64,000 bases of DNA. It comes from a bacterium (GTDB lineage: Bacteria > RBG-13-61-14 > DATKZS01). How positions within the stretch are numbered: the first letter of the stretch is position 1; each line of letters starts with the position of its first letter. Under the pieces are notes generated by a model, which had not been told where the DNA came from, made no database searches, and saw only the letters and a program-made list of their open reading frames with translations. Where the stretch lies: positions 160,001 to 224,000 of the forward strand of contig CAXXFL010000001.1 of the NCBI GenBank assembly GCA_963674965.2. The letters are read 5' to 3'. Positions 59,078-64,000 of the stretch are shown piece after piece. The position numbers and the translations under genes were made by a program.

Positions 59078-60541
59078 TCAAACCGCGCCCTCTTTCAAAA
59101 GATACTCGCCGTAATCGGCCATCTTGGCCATGATGTTGGCCGCGTCCTCGGGCTCGCCTATCATCATCAGCCCGGACTCCCAGTCGGGGGTCTCGCGCCA
59201 GCGGCCCACCGTGAGGACCGGCTTATCGGTGGACGACAAAAAGGCGCGAAGCTCATTGAAGAAGCCCGCGGACTCGGTTCGGGACTTCTCGACTATGTCG
59301 TGCATTTCCTTTTCAGTCAAAACGCCGAGCTTGGAAAGGGCGTCCATTACCGTCGAGCCCTGGGCGTCGATGTTCACGCCCAGAGCTATGACGCCGTCCA
59401 CGTTCGGGTCGCTCGCCACTATTTCCAGGCAGTCCAGGTAGGCCTTGTAGCTCATGACCGCCACCATGTCCACGGGGTTTCCCCTGCTCCAGTAATGGGG
59501 CAGGATTTTATCCAGCCTGGCGATGGTCCGATCGGAAAGAGGGACCACCTCGAGCCCGGCCTCGACGCAGGCGTCAGAGGTGATCACTCCCCAGCCCCCG
59601 CCGCGGGTCAGGATGCCGATCCGTCTTCCCCTCGGGGCCGGCTGAAGCTGAAGGGCCCGGCCCAACTCGACCACCTCCTTGTTGGTACCCGCCAGGATGA
59701 CGCCCGCCTGCTTCATGGCCCCCTTGAAAACCTCGAGGTTGCCCGCCAGGGAACCCGTGTGTGAAGCCGCCGCCGCGGCCCCCGCCCCCGTGCGGCCTCC
59801 CTTGTAAAGGATCACGGGCTTCCTTTTGGTGACCTCGGGGGCTATCCGCATGAAGTCTCCGTCCGGGTTGAGACCCTCGACGTAACCCAATATGGAGTCG
59901 GTCTTCTCGTCCTGGCCGAAGTACCAGAGGTACTCGTCGATGGTCAGGTCGCCCTCGTTGCCCGAGCTGACGAACTTGCCGAAGCCAAGCCCCCTCAGCT
60001 TTCCCCGGAAAAGCATGTGCGTGCCCACGTTGCCGCTTTGGGCCACGCAGGCCGCGCCGCCGGGCATGGGAGATATGGGCGCCATCAGACAGTTCAGCCT
60101 GACGTCGGCGCTGTAGATGCCCATGGTGTTGGGACCGACCACGATCATGTCCGCCGAGCGGGCTATGTCCATCACCTCTTTCTCGACCCGAGCGCCCTCC
60201 TGGCCCGTCTCGCTGAAGCCGCTGGTGATCACGATGGCCGCGCCCGCGCCCTTTTTCGCCGCCTGGCGCATGACCTCGGGCACCGTGGGGGAGGGCGTGA
60301 CGATGATGGCCAGGTCGATCCCGCCTGGGACTTCGGGAAGGGACTTGTAGGCCTTCATGCCCATGACCCGCTCGTCGCGCGGGTTGACCGGAAGTATCTC
60401 GCCGGTGAATTCCTCGTTGATCATGCGGGAGAAGATGTTGAATCCCCATTTGCCGTATTTGTTGGTGGCCCCCACCATGGCCACGCGTCGGGGGTCCCAA
60501 AGGGAGCGCATCTTTTCAAGGAGAAGTTTCTTGTCTTTCAT
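59078..60541 (-). CDS. ADP-forming acyl-CoA synthetase alpha-type subunit (CoA-binding)
   Basis: VAMVGA, ITSGFSE, GPNTMG, QSG, SSGNE, ASHTGSLAG phospho-His motif, NPVD. Confidence 0.9.
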   Translation of the reverse strand: MKDKKLLLEKMRSLWDPRRVAMVGATNKYGKWGFNIFSRMINEEFTGEILPVNPRDERVMGMKAYKSLPEVPGGIDLAIIVTPSPTVPEVMRQAAKKGAGAAIVITSGFSETGQEGARVEKEVMDIARSADMIVVGPNTMGIYSADVRLNCLMAPISPMPGGAACVAQSGNVGTHMLFRGKLRGLGFGKFVSSGNEGDLTIDEYLWYFGQDEKTDSILGYVEGLNPDGDFMRIAPEVTKRKPVILYKGGRTGAGAAAAASHTGSLAGNLEVFKGAMKQAGVILAGTNKEVVELGRALQLQPAPRGRRIGILTRGGGWGVITSDACVEAGLEVVPLSDRTIARLDKILPHYWSRGNPVDMVAVMSYKAYLDCLEIVASDPNVDGVIALGVNIDAQGSTVMDALSKLGVLTEKEMHDIVEKSRTESAGFFNELRAFLSSTDKPVLTVGRWRETPDWESGLMMIGEPEDAANIMAKMADYGEYLLKEGAV

Positions 60542-60683
60542 CGTACTTCCATTTATCGTGAACTACTCAGCCGCGTCTTCAGCCCGGGGCTTCTCGCGTT
60601 TTCAGGCGGATCGCATATGGGAGCCAGAATCCGACCTCATTCCATTATAGACCGAGCGGTAAAAAATATAAAGCCCGATAATA

Positions 60684-61835
60684 TTACCAGCGGTGTTTGA
60701 ACTCCTCGGCCCAGCCAATGAGGTGGTCTATCTCGACGGTTTTGCCGCCGAACTTGATTGTACCAGTCCAGGTCCCAAAAGGACAGGCTCCCCCGGTGCC
60801 CACCAGCCCGATATCCACTCGAGTGTCGTTGACCAGGAATGGATGGAGCGTCATGTCAACGGCGTCGGTGTGGGTGGAGTAAATATGCCAGGGATTTTCC
60901 CAGGCGTTGGGGTCGTAATCCCAGGTCAGGTCCTCCATGATCTTGTAAAGCTTCCCGTTATAACATATGCCGTTCTCGTTCGATCCCGTCCCGGTGGTCC
61001 ACCTGGCGCCCAGGTTGACGCCCACCAGGTCCCCGTTTTGTTTGCCCGTGCACACGGCCCAGTTCCAATAGGAGCGGTAGGGCCACATGCCCCGGCCGAA
61101 GTCCTGCACGCCGTGGCAGTCCTCGGGGTCCATCACGTACTTCTTGTCACCCACCTTCACGTAGCCCTCCGCGGGCAGGGTGTTGTGCTTCGAGTTCATC
61201 TGGAAACGCGACTCGGACCAGGGCACGACTATGTTAAGCGTCTCGTGACCCTGGGGCTTGTGAATGATAAAGTCGGCTATTATTTTCTTGCCGCCCACGT
61301 TATTCGCCTTGCACCTGACCTGGATGTCTCCACCCTCGTTGATCATGGAGTAATCCACGCCGCCGCCTTTCCACTCGATCGTGCGCTCCACTTCCTCGGG
61401 CATGTAAACGGCGTTGCCCGGTTTGAGGGCTATGCCGGCTTTTTGCTTCTTGGCGTTGAAATCCGTGAAGGTGACCCCACAAAAGGAGCCGTAGTCGATG
61501 TCGGCCACGGTGACGGAAAACACGAAGTCCGGGCATATCCAGTTCCAGAAGTTCCACCTCTTCTTCCGGGGCCAGTGTCCCTTCATGTTGGCCGTGGTCA
61601 ATGGAACCCTGGACCAGCCGATGGCCTCGGGGTTCAGGTTGCCCTCACCGTCGCACAGCATGACCGGCTCGGTTATCTCCCTTTCCTCGTAATAGGGAAG
61701 GTAGGAGCCGCTCTCCATTTTTTCCCTTACAATGGGCATGTACTCGGGCGCCCTCTTCCTGGCATAGGCGGGAATGCTCGCCGCGGCGGCCGCCGCTCCC
61801 GCGGCTGAAGCTCGCACGAAATCTCTTCTCCTCAT
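60684..61835 (-). CDS. DUF2804-like protein with Tat signal peptide
   Basis: MRRRDFV twin-arginine leader; GWSR.P, KRWNFW, DFGRGMWPY..WNW motifs. Confidence 0.75.
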   Translation of the reverse strand: MRRRDFVRASAAGAAAAAASIPAYARKRAPEYMPIVREKMESGSYLPYYEEREITEPVMLCDGEGNLNPEAIGWSRVPLTTANMKGHWPRKKRWNFWNWICPDFVFSVTVADIDYGSFCGVTFTDFNAKKQKAGIALKPGNAVYMPEEVERTIEWKGGGVDYSMINEGGDIQVRCKANNVGGKKIIADFIIHKPQGHETLNIVVPWSESRFQMNSKHNTLPAEGYVKVGDKKYVMDPEDCHGVQDFGRGMWPYRSYWNWAVCTGKQNGDLVGVNLGARWTTGTGSNENGICYNGKLYKIMEDLTWDYDPNAWENPWHIYSTHTDAVDMTLHPFLVNDTRVDIGLVGTGGACPFGTWTGTIKFGGKTVEIDHLIGWAEEFKHRW

Positions 61836-61956
61836 CCTTTACACCTCCGTGGATAATATAGGCCAAGCATATCACGGCCTTGTAACTTTTAAAAAGCGGG
61901 CGGCCATGGCCCTCGCGCTTGTCTTCCATCTTAAACCATAGGGACAATCCACGTAC

Positions 61957-61985
61957 TTGAAAGGACGCGCCCCGGCCGGTATAAT
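61957..61985 (+). promoter_or_regulatory. Sigma70 promoter of membrane paralog 1
   Basis: TTGAAA-17nt-TATAAT. Confidence 0.7.
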
Positions 61986-62133
61986 GGTGAAAGTATCTGG
62001 AAGACTTGGGATTAAAGGTAATAAGTCAGAGGAGTCGCCCTATGACCGCTATCGAAATAACCAAGACGCCAAGGCCCGGGATCGGGCCCTTCAGGGAAGG
62101 CGCGGGAAAGGCCCTGTTTTACTGGTCGTGGTT
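61975..62133 (+). repeat. 159-bp direct repeat, copy 1 (promoter -10, UTR, first ~30 codons)
   Basis: Matches 63306-63464 with two mismatches by eye. Confidence 0.92.
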
Positions 62134-63250
62134 CATGGTCCTCGTTCAGCATTTTGTTTTCATTCTTTTCGTCAGTTACTCCTGGTTTCCGATTGGATAC
62201 GATCTTGAACCCCAACCGTGGCACAGCCCATACTTTATCCTCTTGCCCTATCTGGCCGGCGCGGTTTTATTTTCGATTTTTGGGGGGTTAATAAAGCTCG
62301 GCCTTGCGAAACGGGCCGCGAAAAAGCCCCAGCCGGCGGTGGGTTTCGGCGAGGTCTACGCTGAGTCGTTCACTTTTATAAAAAACCACTGGAAACATCT
62401 GACCTTCATTGCTCTTCCTCCGACGATAGCGGCCATGTTGCCGATGCTTCCTATTTTCTTAATATTGTCTTTATTAAGTCCTGATGACGCGTTTTTCAAT
62501 TACTTCTTATTTATTTTCGGCTTTTCCACCATAGCGACTATTTTAGTTCTCTTCACAAGCCAGTGGGCGGTCCTGGTTTACTTTCATCGCGTCTCCGAGT
62601 CTCTTGAAATCAACGCGAGAATAATTATCAAAAAGTCCCTGGTCTTGCTTTTGATATCTTTTCTGATTGGATTGGTCTTTGACGTCCCTTCCTACCTGCT
62701 CCAATTAGCTTTGGGAGAGCCTGAAGATTACTGGTGGGGCCTGAACGCCATCCTTACCGTAATAAATTATATTTTCACTATTTTCATGTTCTTCTTTATT
62801 GTCCTTTACGTCGTAAAGGGACGGGGAATTGTCAAAAACATTAGAATAACGGCTCGCTTTTTCAACGCTCACTTTTTCAGGACTATCCGATTTACGCTAT
62901 ACCTGATCCTGAAATTATTTCCCGCCGCCTTCCTGGTTTTACTCTACGCTTTTTGGGCTGGATTTGTATCGTATGAATTTATTAACGATGGAAATATTAT
63001 CGGAAGCGGCTTTACGGTTTCACTTATGGAAGTCCTTAGATGGCCCTACTACATTATGCGCTATCGCGGTGGATGGCAGGTCCTTCTTCCCATAGGCGCA
63101 GCCGCTTTCCTGTGGTTGAGCCTCGTTTTCATAATCTTTATCAAACGGCTTGACGAGGCGGACAGCGCGGAAGCCGCGGAGGCGGGGCCTCTTCCCGAGG
63201 CCGAGGCAAAGCCGGACGGCCGGGTCCTGTTGGGAAATCCTGGAGTCTAG
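62042..63250 (+). CDS. Multi-pass membrane protein, paralog 1
   Basis: GAGGAG SD, ATG 62042, many hydrophobic segments, T-rich lower-GC body. Confidence 0.85.
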   Translation: MTAIEITKTPRPGIGPFREGAGKALFYWSWFMVLVQHFVFILFVSYSWFPIGYDLEPQPWHSPYFILLPYLAGAVLFSIFGGLIKLGLAKRAAKKPQPAVGFGEVYAESFTFIKNHWKHLTFIALPPTIAAMLPMLPIFLILSLLSPDDAFFNYFLFIFGFSTIATILVLFTSQWAVLVYFHRVSESLEINARIIIKKSLVLLLISFLIGLVFDVPSYLLQLALGEPEDYWWGLNAILTVINYIFTIFMFFFIVLYVVKGRGIVKNIRITARFFNAHFFRTIRFTLYLILKLFPAAFLVLLYAFWAGFVSYEFINDGNIIGSGFTVSLMEVLRWPYYIMRYRGGWQVLLPIGAAAFLWLSLVFIIFIKRLDEADSAEAAEAGPLPEAEAKPDGRVLLGNPGV

Positions 63251-63287
63251 CGGTAATTATTCCGGGTATGAAAATGAATGGGGCCTC

Positions 63288-63316
63288 TTGAACGGCCGAG
63301 AGCTAGCCGGTATAAT
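63288..63316 (+). promoter_or_regulatory. Sigma70 promoter of membrane paralog 2
   Basis: TTGAAC-17nt-TATAAT. Confidence 0.7.
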
Positions 63317-63464
63317 GGTGAAAGTATCTGGAAGACTTGGGATTAAAGGTAATAAGTCAGAGGAGTCGCCCTATGACCGCTATCGAAATGACCAAGACGC
63401 CAAGGCCCGGGATCGGTCCCTTCAGGGAAGGCGCGGGAAAGGCCCTGTTTTACTGGTCGTGGTT
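63306..63464 (+). repeat. 159-bp direct repeat, copy 2
   Basis: Offset 1331 bp from copy 1. Confidence 0.92.
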
Positions 63465-64000
63465 TGCCTTCTACGCCCAGCAAATTCATTTCGAGGTGTT
63501 TTTTATCACCTACAGATTCAATCCAATAGTCCCGGATATGGGGTTTTATTCCAGTCTGTATTTTATTCCCGCGATCTATCTGGCCGGTGCGGTTTTGTTT
63601 TCGGTTTTGGGAGGGCTGGCAAAGTACGGCTTTGCCAGCCGGGCCGCGAAAAAGCCCGAGCCGGCGGTGCTCTTCAGCGAGGTCTACTCTCAGTCGTTCT
63701 CGTTTATTAAAGGCCACTGGAAAAGCCTGGCTCTTATTTCACTTCCCTCGATGATAGCGCCCATATTGTATATGCTTCCTATATTTTCATTAATATTATT
63801 TTTTGAGGGATCTGAGGAATCGTCCTTTAGTCACTTTAAATATATATTTCCAATTTGCATGATTGCATCGGTCTTTATCATCGTCATAAGTCCGCTTGCT
63901 ATTCTCGATTATTATCACCGCGTCTCCGAGTCTCTTGAAATAAGAGCGTTGACGATAATTAAAAAGGCACTGGTTTTATTCTTTCTCTCCTTTATCATCG
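63373..64000 (+). CDS. Multi-pass membrane protein, paralog 2 (truncated by window end)
   Basis: Not in ORF track. Manual translation MTAIEMTKTPRPGIGPFREGAGKALFYWSWF...YLAGAVLFS...RAAKKP.PAV...HRVSESLEI is open to 64000 and aligns with paralog 1. Confidence 0.88.
   Translation, partial: MTAIEMTKTPRPGIGPFREGAGKALFYWSWFAFYAQQIHFEVFFITYRFNPIVPDMGFYSSLYFIPAIYLAGAVLFSVLGGLAKYGFASRAAKKPEPAVLFSEVYSQSFSFIKGHWKSLALISLPSMIAPILYMLPIFSLILFFEGSEESSFSHFKYIFPICMIASVFIIVISPLAILDYYHRVSESLEIRALTIIKKALVLFFLSFII

Overview
A GC-rich chromosomal window from a deltaproteobacterial-type organism (Myxococcota/Desulfobacterota relative), inferred from a RomR-like regulator next to valS, a TIGR02266-type PilZ protein and the DUF4416-yicC-gmk-rpoZ-spoT order. 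The core backbone carries spoT/rel, rpoZ, gmk, rfaE1, an MCP, copZA, a PilZ-Hsp70 pair, dinG, pdxA-surA-ppiC, gap-pgk-tpiA, valS and lipid-catabolism genes. Lower-GC accessory material is inserted into it: an XamI-family Type II R-M pair, an AT-rich 25-28.3 kb patch of small nuclease/immunity-like genes interleaved with a REP-like palindromic repeat family, an ankyrin gene and a tandem pair of membrane-protein paralogs. The most notable observations are a ~1890-codon secreted Cys/Asp-rich repeat protein split by one in-frame TAG, REP-delimited cassette-like genes, a ValRS with both class-I signature motifs changed (HEGH/KKSKS), paralogs with a near-identical promoter/5' block but variable loops, and strong CTCGAG over-representation. 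No rRNA, tRNA, CRISPR array, integrase or transposase was seen. All family calls are from motif recognition by eye, with no database searches.
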